From positions 222,585 through 286,584 of the IMG/VR virus record IMGVR_UViG_3300036770_004723: DNA of 64,000 bases; one strand, 5' to 3'. Position numbers and translations under genes: made by a program. Shown one piece after another: positions 17,885 through 28,487 of this stretch. The notes below the pieces were generated by a model. The model was not told where the DNA came from, made no database searches, and saw only the letters and a program-made list of their open reading frames with translations. The number at the start of each line of letters is the position of its first letter. Position 1 is the first letter of the stretch.

Positions 17885-19015
17885 CTAAATTGAATAGTCT
17901 TTGATTAATTCTTCAAGTTTTTTATCAAACATTTTTAAGCAGTTTCGAATCTTTTTGGCTTTTGCCTTAGGTTCGTCTTTAGATGCGAGAATTTGACAAA
18001 CTCTTCGTTTCTTGGCCAAAAGTTTCTCAAGTTCTTCCATCTTGTATAAACTATTCAAAGCATTGAAATGACCTACAGTAGTGTTTTTTGGATCTAGTTC
18101 TCTATATCTGTAGGTTAACCTTAGGTCTTGCGTGTATCTGTTTACAGACATTTTATGTATTTTTACGCAATCGACTTTTAAATCCAATGAATTTGCGCGT
18201 ATTTGCATTGATTGTACAATAGAATTCAATAAACTTAAAAAGTATTTATCTGTGTGTAATTTGCTAAAATCAAACTCTGAATTCTCTAGACCTGAAGCGT
18301 AAACTTCTAGAACTATTTCTTTCGCCGTATTTATGGATGTACGGATAACATGACCTAAAATTGTTAGAATGTTAACCATATCCGTAACAGTATTTGTTGC
18401 GAATAGAGTTTGCGCAGGATCCCAATCTTTCCAATCCGATTTTTGAAGAAACCAGTTAATCACACCTAAATCTTTTACAGATAAAAGCCAACTATTTTCT
18501 ACGACTACCTTACATATTTCCAGTAAAACCTTATAAAATTTTCTAGCTCTGTCAATGAATGCTGCTGTAATAGGCTGTCCTTCATCAATTTTTAAAAAAA
18601 TTGCCATTTCAGCAATTGCCTTTTGTGTATGGCTATTAACGTCGATCAAGCGTTCAAGATCATGAACAAAAAGATTTAATGTGTATAATGCTGACCATGT
18701 TTGTTTTTGTTGTACGCTCGATAATTGCGTCACCAAAAGATTTTTGGACATTCCTTTGAAAAAGGAAACGTTGCTTCCTTCTAAGGTACTAACGACATTA
18801 TTATATAAATTTCCACGTAAACGATAAATACCTACATTCAAGTAATCATCATTTATTAGTGGAAAGCTTAAATCAGTATTTTTCACAGCATCTTCAGTCA
18901 AGTATTTACTATCATACTTGTTAGACATCTCTATAAACAATTTTGAGAAAGATTTAGTTTCGCCTGCACACTTAGCTTTATATGTTTCTTCAAAAACTTT
19001 CAGGAAGATATCCAT
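17885..19015 (-). CDS. hypothetical helical protein
   Basis: 376-aa ORF, GGAG RBS. Confidence 0.8.
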   Translation of the reverse strand: MDIFLKVFEETYKAKCAGETKSFSKLFIEMSNKYDSKYLTEDAVKNTDLSFPLINDDYLNVGIYRLRGNLYNNVVSTLEGSNVSFFKGMSKNLLVTQLSSVQQKQTWSALYTLNLFVHDLERLIDVNSHTQKAIAEMAIFLKIDEGQPITAAFIDRARKFYKVLLEICKVVVENSWLLSVKDLGVINWFLQKSDWKDWDPAQTLFATNTVTDMVNILTILGHVIRTSINTAKEIVLEVYASGLENSEFDFSKLHTDKYFLSLLNSIVQSMQIRANSLDLKVDCVKIHKMSVNRYTQDLRLTYRYRELDPKNTTVGHFNALNSLYKMEELEKLLAKKRRVCQILASKDEPKAKAKKIRNCLKMFDKKLEELIKDYSI

Positions 19016-19554
19016 TATTGGTCTCCGTTTGAACTATCTAAAGGATCTATATAATCTACACCATTAACATGATAAATCTCTTGATTACCAGAAAACCTAG
19101 ATCTATGTTCTGTCCAGCTGTTTATAAGATGTTGGTAATCTGCTCTTGTTCTTAAACGTTTAAATCGTGCCTGATCAATTCTTTGTAAAGCACATGATTT
19201 GTCAGGGAAAATCAAAAATCTTTCTTTAGAGTCTGTATGTTCAATTAAATATACTTTGTCAGTACCGCAAAAACGCTCACTAATTAAATTGAATCCATTA
19301 GGTTTGGCAAGAACATATTCTAATCTATGCGAAACCATATTAGACATTTTAGAATAATCTACGTTGCCGTCTGGTAAATTTAAAAATACATCTAAGGAGT
19401 GAGACTCGACGACGGCTAAGCGATACACAAAGTATGGTATATTATCACTTGTAAACTTCAGATCAAGTTTTGCATAGCCTGAAAATTCTGTTTGAAGAAA
19501 TTCGTAAATGTCTTCCTGTTCATTAAGTAAGGTAGATCTAAAATTAATTAACAT
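19015..19554 (-). CDS. hypothetical protein
   Basis: Coupled ORF. Confidence 0.75.
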   Translation of the reverse strand: MLINFRSTLLNEQEDIYEFLQTEFSGYAKLDLKFTSDNIPYFVYRLAVVESHSLDVFLNLPDGNVDYSKMSNMVSHRLEYVLAKPNGFNLISERFCGTDKVYLIEHTDSKERFLIFPDKSCALQRIDQARFKRLRTRADYQHLINSWTEHRSRFSGNQEIYHVNGVDYIDPLDSSNGDQ

Positions 19555-19555
19555 A

Positions 19556-20029
19556 CTACATTCCTTGTGGTGGAATACGGATTCGGATTTTCAAAGGACC
19601 TTGCATTAAATTGTGTTCATTACTACCAACTTCTTCTGCAAGAAATCCTCTACGTTTTATTTCTTCGATAGTTTGGCGAGGTAATAGAGCTTTACCTTTT
19701 ACTTTTATCACAGGGAAATTTAGCTCCACCCCTTTTTTAAGATCATGAATAAAAGCTTTTTCACGTAACCAAATATCTATTTCAGTCGGCTCAATTTTAA
19801 CTTTAACTTTACTATCTAAATAACTAGATACATCTGATAAAATTGGATCACCTTCATTTTCTTGGTATTCAGCTTTGGAAATCTTATCACCTACTGATTC
19901 AAGTGCCAAAACTATTTTATTGAAAAAGTCGCATTCTTTGCCTGAGATAATATCAGCGTACTCACGGCGATCAATGACGCCGTTTTCATGTAACGCAGAT
20001 GCCATGATTGATCTGTCGTATATTTTCAT
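19556..20029 (-). CDS. hypothetical protein
   Basis: AGGTG RBS. Confidence 0.75.
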   Translation of the reverse strand: MKIYDRSIMASALHENGVIDRREYADIISGKECDFFNKIVLALESVGDKISKAEYQENEGDPILSDVSSYLDSKVKVKIEPTEIDIWLREKAFIHDLKKGVELNFPVIKVKGKALLPRQTIEEIKRRGFLAEEVGSNEHNLMQGPLKIRIRIPPQGM

Positions 20030-20066
20030 ATTCTCACCTATTACATTAGTTAATGTTCACCAATAA

Positions 20067-20084
20067 GCTGGCATTTATGCCAGC
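20067..20084 (-). terminator. hairpin, possible terminator
   Basis: gctggcat-tt-atgccagc in intergenic gap, weak U-tract. Confidence 0.45.
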
Positions 20085-20134
20085 CTATGCTGTCAAAAAT
20101 CGAAGCAACACTGATCTATTTAAATGTTATTCCA

Positions 20135-20785
20135 TTAATCTTTAGAATATTCAGGCTCTACGAGATCTAATTGACCTTCACTAGTAAAGCTTGCTAGTTG
20201 TTCAACAGTTGCCAAGGAAATAGCGTATGATTTACTTGGAATAATAATGAATTGTTCGCCATTACTTTTACGTGCCCAAAGATCAATGTAGTTACCTACT
20301 ACATTCTTATAATCTAAGCCTTCAAAACCTTTTGGTTGTTCAATAGTTAGAACACGCTTAAACTTTACTTTGTCACCGTATTTAGCTAACAGTTGTCTGT
20401 ACTCCAATGATTCGTCATCTAAATCATATTGGTGCTGTACTTCACTATCGATCTCTAACACAAGTTTGTGTGCGCCGCGTTCATTGACAATTGTTTCCAG
20501 TTTTACGATAGGATGTTCAACAATTACAACAGCTAAACTCCAAACGTAAAGTGGTGATTTTGTACCGCGACCTAAGAAAAAAGAAGATAATATACTTGAA
20601 GGATCTTGCTGGTCCCAACCGACACCACTCTTGATCTCGCTTGCTTCAACACTGTCTACATGCAGCATGAAGTTATATAAAGCTTGGCGGTATTGTTGTT
20701 CGGTTTCGTCTTTTAAAGGTTGACGAAAATTACGGCCTGTTGCGCAATTACGCAAACTTTCAAATGTTGGAAAACTCATTGGCAT
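20135..20785 (-). CDS. hypothetical protein
   Basis: ORF track 20135..20866; GAGGG RBS favours MPMSF start at 20785. Confidence 0.75.
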   Translation of the reverse strand: MPMSFPTFESLRNCATGRNFRQPLKDETEQQYRQALYNFMLHVDSVEASEIKSGVGWDQQDPSSILSSFFLGRGTKSPLYVWSLAVVIVEHPIVKLETIVNERGAHKLVLEIDSEVQHQYDLDDESLEYRQLLAKYGDKVKFKRVLTIEQPKGFEGLDYKNVVGNYIDLWARKSNGEQFIIIPSKSYAISLATVEQLASFTSEGQLDLVEPEYSKD

Positions 20786-20795
20786 AATAATTCCC

Positions 20796-21086
20796 TCAGA
20801 TAATTGATTCTGGACTGTCATCAATCCAGATATTAAAATTGTAATCAAGTGATTGGCAGAAAGCACGTTTTTGTTTCATGCCACAATAGATTACACTAAT
20901 GTTTTTACGATCACATAGATCAGTAATATCACTGTTATCATCCGACCCTAAACAATCTTGACGATCATGACGGGCAGTAACTATTACAATGCTATGTCCT
21001 GCCAGTTTCACACTATCAATGAAATTGTCCCATACTTCAGGCATTGCAGTATATGTTTCATCGAAATCTAATGCGATCATTACCAT
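20796..21086 (-). CDS. small HAD-like phosphatase/nucleotidase
   Basis: IALDFDETYT, VTAR and IWIDDSP motifs. Confidence 0.75.
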   Translation of the reverse strand: MVMIALDFDETYTAMPEVWDNFIDSVKLAGHSIVIVTARHDRQDCLGSDDNSDITDLCDRKNISVIYCGMKQKRAFCQSLDYNFNIWIDDSPESII

Positions 21087-21097
21087 AAACTTTTTCC

Positions 21098-21841
21098 TTA
21101 ATTTCTTTTCATTCTACCAAATTGTTGTTGATAGTCACCCATTCTGCATTCGGTTGTATATTCTGTAGTTACACCTTGAACTTTTGGTTGTCCTGATTCA
21201 CCACACTCCACAGAATAATCTACTTCAGTTCTGAGCATTCTTAAATCTGTATTCTTGACTAATGGAACCTCTACACTTATATGCGCAGGAACGGAATTAA
21301 TTCGGTGCCAAGAAGCTAAAATTATTTCATCTTTTGCACAAACTGTTTCAGCTTCTATCCAAAATAACGTATCAATCTTACCCATTAAATAGGCAACTAG
21401 ATCGCATGTAAAAGACTTTTTGTTTTTAGTGTTCCAACCAACAGACATGAACGTAACACGCGACCAATTAATTGTTGTCTTGGATTCAACATACTTGCGT
21501 AATTGCTTCAAACTATTTGGTTTAGATGCTGAATATTTAGGAACTAATATAATCAGATCTTTAGTTCCATATAGTTTGTTAATGTCTAAGCGGTTGAGTA
21601 CACGCACTTCTTTGTTTTCAAAAGCAATAACTGAATCGAAATCAATAAAGTCTGCAATGTCGTCAGCTTGATCATTTTGAAGAGCAGTCCACTGACGTTG
21701 TAATTCATCGGCCATAGCACTAGAAAATGCCTTAGTCGATCTGTTCAGTTTAAGATTATTGGTAAATGTTTGATCAACTAGCCGTTTAATCTGGTTTAAT
21801 ATAAGGGTTTCAAGTTTGTTCATTAACCTACTCCAAGTCAA
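21098..21841 (-). CDS. hypothetical protein
   Basis: ORF in - strand run. Confidence 0.75.
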   Translation of the reverse strand: MTWSRLMNKLETLILNQIKRLVDQTFTNNLKLNRSTKAFSSAMADELQRQWTALQNDQADDIADFIDFDSVIAFENKEVRVLNRLDINKLYGTKDLIILVPKYSASKPNSLKQLRKYVESKTTINWSRVTFMSVGWNTKNKKSFTCDLVAYLMGKIDTLFWIEAETVCAKDEIILASWHRINSVPAHISVEVPLVKNTDLRMLRTEVDYSVECGESGQPKVQGVTTEYTTECRMGDYQQQFGRMKRN

Positions 21842-22037
21842 TACGGTTTGTTTTTTGATCTACAGGCAACGAATATTCAAAATAACCACTTTCATCACAA
21901 CGACCATAACCCGCAGTAGTTAGTTCGCAGATACCTTGACTAAAAGTTGGTTTTTTACCTTGCTTGTACCATTCAATTGCCTGTAATTTATTTTGTTGCC
22001 AAACCTCTTCAGGAATATCGCAGATTGAAAATGTCAT
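21828..22037 (-). CDS. hypothetical protein
   Basis: GAGG RBS. Confidence 0.7.
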   Translation of the reverse strand: MTFSICDIPEEVWQQNKLQAIEWYKQGKKPTFSQGICELTTAGYGRCDESGYFEYSLPVDQKTNRIDLE

Positions 22038-22044
22038 ACATGCC

Positions 22045-23280
22045 TCACAAATCTTTTACAGCCGACCTTGAAATATAAATCAATGCAACTGACGCAATGG
22101 CCTTAATTCTTTTCCATGTTTTAGATAACATCTGAAAAGTTAAAAAGTTTAGAACGTAAAAGGGCCAAGAAATAAAGAAGTTGCAGATAAACCATTTATT
22201 ATCTTTAGGCTTTAATGCCAATGAAGTTCTTAGATTTTCAACCAACGAATTAATTGCTTCTTCATCTGTAGATCTCTCTTTGTACGGAGTCAAGTAATCA
22301 ATACTTTCCCCCAACACAATGCAATAAATATTTAGCTTAAGTAGTTGCCGCCTTAAGTTATCGGCGGCTTCTAGGCCAAGAAATGTTTTCGTTCCAACAG
22401 CTTCAGGACTATAAAGAAGTTTAGACAGATCTATATTTGACTGCGAAAATACAATCATAGGAATTATAACTTCTGTTATATCATTTTCCATCTGACCTGC
22501 TCTGTCTTTAATGAACAGTACGTCAAAATTTAAATTTCTTGTAGAGTGTTCAGGCCATAAGCCAACAAACTTTTCATTTAGAAAGCAGCGAATTCTATAT
22601 TTATTGCCTGAGATAAAGTTTGCTATGTCCAATTCAAGACCATTATGTAGACCTAGATAATCGACGTATTTGTTTTTGTCACTATCTAAAACTTCTCTCA
22701 ATTGTAACTGCATTGCATTTTCTGAATCAAGATACGGATGGCAAGAACAAAACTTAGCAAATTCTGGCGTTAGTTTAGAATACAATTCGTTTAACATAAA
22801 GCGTATGGCAGTGACTAGCTTGACATCTACTTTTGTACGGGACTTAAAGAAACTATTTAATAGGTCAGAATAGCTTTTAGCGTAGTCCATATTTAAACGG
22901 AACCAATTAATTAAAGTGCTGGCAATCGCTACGCCAATACAAACAGATAAGACTGTAAAATCTGTTGCATTATACTTATGTAGTAGGGAGTAGACAAGTA
23001 AGTAGAATAAAGTGGCCCAAATTACAATAATTGGATGTACCCCCTCATTCAATGTCACACGAATCATAGGATATTTTAATTTTATTTTACCATAAAATAA
23101 CTTATCCTCTTCACTTACATTAATGATTTTATTTATGTGATCGCTAATATTACCTACAGTAAAGCAACCAAATAAAGTAATAATTCCAAGCAGTATCCAA
23201 GTTACTGAAAGTGACATTAGATCTGAGAAGGCTACAAGTAAGCCAATAAATGTTGTGTACGCTAAATTAAAAATTTCCAT
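22045..23280 (-). CDS. multi-pass membrane protein
   Basis: Several N-terminal TMs plus C-terminal hydrophobic segment; GGAG RBS. Confidence 0.75.
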   Translation of the reverse strand: MEIFNLAYTTFIGLLVAFSDLMSLSVTWILLGIITLFGCFTVGNISDHINKIINVSEEDKLFYGKIKLKYPMIRVTLNEGVHPIIVIWATLFYLLVYSLLHKYNATDFTVLSVCIGVAIASTLINWFRLNMDYAKSYSDLLNSFFKSRTKVDVKLVTAIRFMLNELYSKLTPEFAKFCSCHPYLDSENAMQLQLREVLDSDKNKYVDYLGLHNGLELDIANFISGNKYRIRCFLNEKFVGLWPEHSTRNLNFDVLFIKDRAGQMENDITEVIIPMIVFSQSNIDLSKLLYSPEAVGTKTFLGLEAADNLRRQLLKLNIYCIVLGESIDYLTPYKERSTDEEAINSLVENLRTSLALKPKDNKWFICNFFISWPFYVLNFLTFQMLSKTWKRIKAIASVALIYISRSAVKDL

Positions 23281-23282
23281 AT

Positions 23283-23573
23283 TTACTCCATTGATTTATG
23301 GTGTTCTATACACTGTTTTTCTGTATCAAAGATTAGATCACGGCCTTGCAGTTGCAAATCTACTTCTAAGCAACTTGCTAATCTTACATAAGCATTGTCC
23401 TTACCTTTAAGAAGCATGTGGCCTGCGCATTGTTTCTTATTCTTTCGGTGTTTATGGCAAACGAAAGAATCTTGTTCAAGAATCAAATCTATCGAGTTAT
23501 CTAGCCAACCACCTAAAGAATCTTTTCTAAAGGGGCAATTCGCACAAGGCGCTTTACAGTGAGTTGCTTTCAT
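23283..23573 (-). CDS. Cys/His-rich putative Zn-binding protein (DUF6283-like)
   Basis: PCANCPFRKDS, FVCH and QCAGH. Confidence 0.7.
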   Translation of the reverse strand: MKATHCKAPCANCPFRKDSLGGWLDNSIDLILEQDSFVCHKHRKNKKQCAGHMLLKGKDNAYVRLASCLEVDLQLQGRDLIFDTEKQCIEHHKSME

Positions 23574-23578
23574 TGTAA

Positions 23579-23932
23579 TTACTCCAGCAAAGATTTACAT
23601 ACAATCTCTTTTTGTTCCCACGTTATTTTAAATTTTTGATTGTATTCAGTATAGTCCATAGGATTTTCTACTTTAGTAGATCCGTCCCATAGCTGCCTAT
23701 TGAATTGATTGTGCCATCCTTGTGTTCTAGGTTTATTGTCACGATAAATGTGACGATATTTACCATCAACAAACTTATCTGGAGCACAAGCAGAACAAAG
23801 CGCCATTCCATTAGGAAATGGTTTGTTAGTAACTGGATTAACAGCTAGTCTATTATTTGTGTCACGTACCCACCAATTACCAAGTGCTGTATTTTCTACG
23901 CAACCACAATTTTCGCAAATATACATAGCCAT
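23579..23932 (-). CDS. Zn-binding hypothetical protein
   Basis: CENCGCVENTALG and LCSAC. Confidence 0.75.
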   Translation of the reverse strand: MAMYICENCGCVENTALGNWWVRDTNNRLAVNPVTNKPFPNGMALCSACAPDKFVDGKYRHIYRDNKPRTQGWHNQFNRQLWDGSTKVENPMDYTEYNQKFKITWEQKEIVCKSLLE

Positions 23933-24723
23933 CAGTAGTTATCCTGCAAACGTTGACGTTCAAAAGGTTCATAGTAGTCCGTAATAAACGTGCTAATATA
24001 ACGACTACGTGCCGCTTTAAGATCATTTACGTAATTGGCAGGACGTAGCTCTAACGCACTTACGTAAAATTCAGTATTGTATTTTCCTTCCGTTGTTTTT
24101 ATTTGTGTTATATCAAACTTTTTGAAAACACGTTGAAAGAATGTAGCAGTTTGCGTACTGTAACAATCGTTTGCAAAAGGAGTCAACTTTGTGTGATTTG
24201 TAATGGTATCAGATTTAGAGCCATGCGATCTAACACATTTAAAATAAAGAATTGGCCAACCGGTTATACGGTATGTAAGATCCAAGCAATAAGCTTCACG
24301 TAGTGCAGCAACAGTAACGTGTACGTCAATATCACCCAACACATACATCATCAATACAATACTTACGGCCGGACCGCAAACTGTATCAACACAATTAATT
24401 AAAAAAGTCTCATGCAGGTCTAGTTCGGCTTCACTTGATTTTGTATCAAGGAACTCGAAGATTTTAAACTCACGTTTCTTTCCAGTGCCATTTTGGCCAT
24501 AAGATTCTTTTAGACAAGGCTGAAGAACTTTAATGTTATCCAGCGTATAAAGAATAAGTGCGTTAATCTTAACAAGCAAAATGAATGAATCAATTTCATC
24601 AACTTTACTATCGCCGTATGATACTTGTACCTGTACATTACGAAGAGTATTTAATTCAGTTAAACACACATTTAATAAAGATTGTTTAGCGATTTCCAAC
24701 TTATTAACTGAGACTAACTTCAT
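23932..24723 (-). CDS. hypothetical protein, paralog of 25489..26235
   Basis: Shared LINCVDT..P..SIV....VLGDI..V.V.AL.EAY; AGGAG RBS. Confidence 0.8.
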   Translation of the reverse strand: MKLVSVNKLEIAKQSLLNVCLTELNTLRNVQVQVSYGDSKVDEIDSFILLVKINALILYTLDNIKVLQPCLKESYGQNGTGKKREFKIFEFLDTKSSEAELDLHETFLINCVDTVCGPAVSIVLMMYVLGDIDVHVTVAALREAYCLDLTYRITGWPILYFKCVRSHGSKSDTITNHTKLTPFANDCYSTQTATFFQRVFKKFDITQIKTTEGKYNTEFYVSALELRPANYVNDLKAARSRYISTFITDYYEPFERQRLQDNY

Positions 24724-24929
24724 GGCTGCTCCTGTATTGTTCTGCCTGTGTAACGTTCAAAATGACCTTGGTTCATTATTAAAATAACATGCTGATTATA
24801 TTTACGTATTAGCGGTAAGCTTTTGGTAAGCACCTCAAGTATCTGAATTACATCAAAATATGATTCAATTCCATGAACAGAATTCAACTGAAAGACATTC
24901 GGCCTTAGTTCTAATGATTTTACAAACAT
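24720..24929 (-). CDS. small hypothetical protein (start uncertain)
   Basis: Fills gap, but overlaps upstream gene by 65 nt. Confidence 0.4.
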   Translation of the reverse strand: MFVKSLELRPNVFQLNSVHGIESYFDVIQILEVLTKSLPLIRKYNQHVILIMNQGHFERYTGRTIQEQP

Positions 24930-25293
24930 TAGTCAGACGGACTTCCTGATTGTCGATAAGACCTTGTATTGTTAAACGACAAAACAACATAAATACATCA
25001 ATAGCCATTTTTTCATCGTGGCCTTTTGCTAAAAGATGTAAGAATATTTTCTGATCCATTTTCAAGATACCTACACGTCTTTTTCTTAAAGACGTTAGTA
25101 AGATTCCGCCAGAGTTTAAATACGATACATAACCTGACCGATAAGGCTTGTGTATGAATTCACCTAAATTCTCTACATATAAATCATCTTTGTTATCTTT
25201 TAGGTAATCCAATAAATCAGTAACTGCCTTAACTATTAAAGGTTTTGAATGTTTTGATTCACGTACAAGTGTTGAAATTAATTGCTTTTTCAT
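24865..25293 (-). CDS. HU/IHF-like DNA-binding protein (possibly tandem domains)
   Basis: MKKQLISTL..AVTDLLDYL..LYVENLGEF....RSG; second degenerate repeat ..QEVRLTNVCKI. Confidence 0.5.
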   Translation of the reverse strand: MKKQLISTLVRESKHSKPLIVKAVTDLLDYLKDNKDDLYVENLGEFIHKPYRSGYVSYLNSGGILLTSLRKRRVGILKMDQKIFLHLLAKGHDEKMAIDVFMLFCRLTIQGLIDNQEVRLTNVCKIIRTKAECLSVEFCSWN

Positions 25294-25487
25294 TTTTCAC
25301 CTTCTTTAATCTTAGGTAAAGATCCGTCAGCTGCAAGTAAGGCATGTAGATCCAGATAAAGTTTTTGCAGTAACGGCCTTAATGTAGGTGTCAAATTATT
25401 TTGAAAGGTTGCACTGTTCGTCTTTAATGCGTTGGATGTTTTTGCTTTGGTCAGCAAAAAAGTTTTCAACAAGTTATCTATAGCCAT
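25290..25487 (-). CDS. small hypothetical protein
   Basis: Coupled ORF. Confidence 0.6.
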   Translation of the reverse strand: MAIDNLLKTFLLTKAKTSNALKTNSATFQNNLTPTLRPLLQKLYLDLHALLAADGSLPKIKEGEK

Positions 25488-25488
25488 T

Positions 25489-26235
25489 TTAATCAGACCT
25501 TTTGGTTAATCGACTTAATGGGATATAATACTCGGATTCGAAGTTTTCCAAATATTCTTGTTTGCATTTTTTAAGCTTATGTTCATATACATAGCTATTC
25601 TCACTTTCCAAAACGCTTCTTAGATAGCTTTCGTAAGGTACACCTTGAAAAGCACCTGTACCCAGTAAATCAAGAAAGTCATTTGAAGGCGTCATGCAGT
25701 CAAATTCTTTAAAGCACTTTTGAAAAAACAAGGAAGTGATTATAGAGAACGTATCTGTTTCGAAACTTTTCAAAATGAATGGCTGCTTAGTATACTGAAT
25801 ATCAAAACCTTGTTCTCGGTAAATATTGTCGTAGAAGTAGGCTTCCGCCAGTGCATCTACTGCCACATCACTTTCTATGTCACCCAAAACAAATAAGATT
25901 ATTACAATACTTGCCATAGGGCTGTGCAAGGTATCAACACAATTTATCAAATGTATCTCAGCCAAATTAAGATCAGGCAAAGAGGCTTTTGATTTTGAGG
26001 CCAAAAGATTGCAGATTTTAGGTAAAGATTTGTTTGATATGAGATGATGTAACTCAGTTACCTTTTCCAGCGTATGAAATATAAGGCATTGTACTTTCAG
26101 TAATATTAACAGGTCTGAACCCGATATTGCCGGACTTTGATTATATTCTTTACGTGCTTGGTTGAACAGCATTTGAATATCCACAGATTTTAATTCATTT
26201 TTAAAATCTGCAAATACATTATTGATTACTTTCAT
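25489..26235 (-). CDS. hypothetical protein, paralog of 23932..24723
   Basis: Shared motif block; GAGG RBS. Confidence 0.8.
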   Translation of the reverse strand: MKVINNVFADFKNELKSVDIQMLFNQARKEYNQSPAISGSDLLILLKVQCLIFHTLEKVTELHHLISNKSLPKICNLLASKSKASLPDLNLAEIHLINCVDTLHSPMASIVIILFVLGDIESDVAVDALAEAYFYDNIYREQGFDIQYTKQPFILKSFETDTFSIITSLFFQKCFKEFDCMTPSNDFLDLLGTGAFQGVPYESYLRSVLESENSYVYEHKLKKCKQEYLENFESEYYIPLSRLTKRSD

Positions 26236-26831
26236 GGTCTACCTCTTTTTGATCTGTCTTTGAATCCAGTGTAATCGTGACACTGTAACCTGAGAAAATT
26301 GATAACTTTTAATCTTAGCCTGTTGTGGGTAAACTCTTTACCTACTTTACTGTAGAAATATCCGTGAAACCAACTTACCTTTGCATCAACGTTAAAGAAA
26401 ATTTCAGCAAAGGTTCTTTTTTCGAAGAATAGTACTTTGTCGCGTTTTTCAAAAGTGTCTTCAATTTGAGTAGTACGGCTAAAACAATTTATTAGATTTA
26501 TTTGGTAGCTATTACTATCTGTCTGAAAGAAATCAATGCCTTCACAAATGAATTCAATAAAAGGCAAAACTATACCACTAGAGCTTAGATGTAAACAAGT
26601 TCTTTTCCAGACATCGAAAAATTCCACAACACCCAGTTCAGTTTGAATTGAAGCAAACTCTAACCTTTTTTCGCTTTTCAAACCACAAAAATATTTACTA
26701 TGGTTTTTACTTTCAATGTGTCCATCCACATTGAATTCGAAATCATTTATGGCAACAACACCTATAAATGAATCGCCGTCAAAAAGTTTGATTGAATAAC
26801 CTAGATCGGTTTTTTCTATGTTAACGTGCAT
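26232..26831 (-). CDS. hypothetical protein
   Basis: GAGG RBS. Confidence 0.75.
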   Translation of the reverse strand: MHVNIEKTDLGYSIKLFDGDSFIGVVAINDFEFNVDGHIESKNHSKYFCGLKSEKRLEFASIQTELGVVEFFDVWKRTCLHLSSSGIVLPFIEFICEGIDFFQTDSNSYQINLINCFSRTTQIEDTFEKRDKVLFFEKRTFAEIFFNVDAKVSWFHGYFYSKVGKEFTHNRLRLKVINFLRLQCHDYTGFKDRSKRGRP

Positions 26832-26838
26832 ACTTACC

Positions 26839-27489
26839 TCAAAAACTTACCTTGAATCCAGCTAAATACCTTGATAGGTATTTTTCAGAAAGAAACATAC
26901 CAATATCCTCTTTTATCATGTTATGTATATCGAATATAGGGATAGTTAATTCAGATTTTCGCAAAGAATCTGAATTTAAACATTCATTAATATGAATCCA
27001 TTCACCTGGGATAATACAGTCTAAATGTATTGCCAGTAAGTTTACTTCTTCCAAGTTATTACAGTTGTCTACCATAGTAGCAAAAGTTTTACGTGCTACA
27101 TAAAGTTCATCTTCATATAGGACAGACAAACTGTTAGCTAAAGCAGGTAAGAACGTTTTATTATTGATGATTGAATCGATCAATTCAGCCAATGAAAGCA
27201 CTCGCATAAATAACTCAGCAGCAAGCACTAAAACTTTTTTGGCTATTTTTAGATCGGTTTCAGGAGAAAACAGCTCTAAATTTTTTGGTTCATCTAAATT
27301 TTTTGGGTGATTTTTTTGGTCTACAGGTGAAGAAGCTTCACCTGTAATTGCATCTACTGGGACTTTACAATAGAAGCCGCTGACCAAGTAAGGCGGGTAT
27401 TCTGAAGAAAATGTGATATCAACTTCAGAAAGATCGATTGATTTAATGTGATCGGCGATGCCGCCGTCAAAGACGTGATTTGTATTCAT
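26839..27489 (-). CDS. hypothetical protein
   Basis: GAGGA RBS. Confidence 0.75.
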   Translation of the reverse strand: MNTNHVFDGGIADHIKSIDLSEVDITFSSEYPPYLVSGFYCKVPVDAITGEASSPVDQKNHPKNLDEPKNLELFSPETDLKIAKKVLVLAAELFMRVLSLAELIDSIINNKTFLPALANSLSVLYEDELYVARKTFATMVDNCNNLEEVNLLAIHLDCIIPGEWIHINECLNSDSLRKSELTIPIFDIHNMIKEDIGMFLSEKYLSRYLAGFKVSF

Positions 27490-27531
27490 AGAATCCTCTG
27501 CTTTATATGCAATGTCTTGGTGTCAAGCACC

Positions 27532-28107
27532 TTAATTTAATACACTAACAGTTTCTATAGGAATCAATTCAAGTGTCTGACTGATACCTACTTCTTTATC
27601 TAATTTTGATTTACCTTTCTGGCTTATCAAAATTTCTCTGCCTAACACCCCAGCAAAAGTTGTTCTTACCTTTAAACCGTTTTCCTCTAACTCCACCAAT
27701 TCATAGGCTTCGAAAACTTTAACGATTAAAATCTGCCTTACTTCACTACTTGAGTCATTGACTAAAGCTTGTCTTCCTTCAGCAGGCTTTAGATCAGTTA
27801 AACATCCTAACACCCCAATTGAGTGTGTTGTTGTTTCGTGGTCTGAAAGTGCGTAATTATAAAAACTTTTTAAATCGCAGGCTTTAACATTAAAGTTCTT
27901 GCAAATTTCATTTATTGTTTTCGCAATTTTTAGAATGTCTTCTGCAAATGAAGACTCTTCTTCATTCATAGACCTATCATCTAGACCTATATCAATTTGC
28001 GTAGGTAAATTCAGTTTCTTTAGCTTTTCTAAAATTTCCGCTTTTTTGATTTCGGCGGCGTCCATGCTTAATGGAACAATACTTTTTAATTTATACAGGC
28101 TTTTCAT
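27532..28107 (-). CDS. hypothetical protein
   Basis: AAGGA RBS, downstream of CTGTAAAT motif. Confidence 0.75.
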   Translation of the reverse strand: MKSLYKLKSIVPLSMDAAEIKKAEILEKLKKLNLPTQIDIGLDDRSMNEEESSFAEDILKIAKTINEICKNFNVKACDLKSFYNYALSDHETTTHSIGVLGCLTDLKPAEGRQALVNDSSSEVRQILIVKVFEAYELVELEENGLKVRTTFAGVLGREILISQKGKSKLDKEVGISQTLELIPIETVSVLN

Positions 28108-28151
28108 AGTAATATCCTTAATTTGAGAAAGTAACGTATTCGATTGTTAAT

Positions 28152-28159
28152 ATTTACAG
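28152..28159 (-). promoter_or_regulatory. CTGTAAAT late-promoter-like motif
   Basis: AAACTGTAAATA in intergenic gap. Confidence 0.5.
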
Positions 28160-28160
28160 T

Positions 28161-28487
28161 TTAGATTTCAATAGCTTGACCTAACTCAATTAAACTAGTC
28201 CAAGCTGTCATTGGTTCACCTACATACGCTTCACCTGTGTTATCATCGTTGGCAGGTGCGCCCATGATACAAATCGTTTCATCGGCTAAGGATAAAAACA
28301 AATTGCCTTCAAAGTTTGTGTTAAAACAGTTGTTAGCACGATCAAAGCGCAGTGTACAGATCCAAGATCCTTGATCAAAAGGTAGGACAAAGTAAAGATC
28401 TTTTTTCGGCACTTCACCTGAAATACGGATGATGTAGTTATTACCTGTGGAGGACGAAGTTAATTTAAACTGTTTGAATTTTGCCAT
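28161..28487 (-). CDS. hypothetical protein
   Basis: ORF in - strand run. Confidence 0.7.
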   Translation of the reverse strand: MAKFKQFKLTSSSTGNNYIIRISGEVPKKDLYFVLPFDQGSWICTLRFDRANNCFNTNFEGNLFLSLADETICIMGAPANDDNTGEAYVGEPMTAWTSLIELGQAIEI

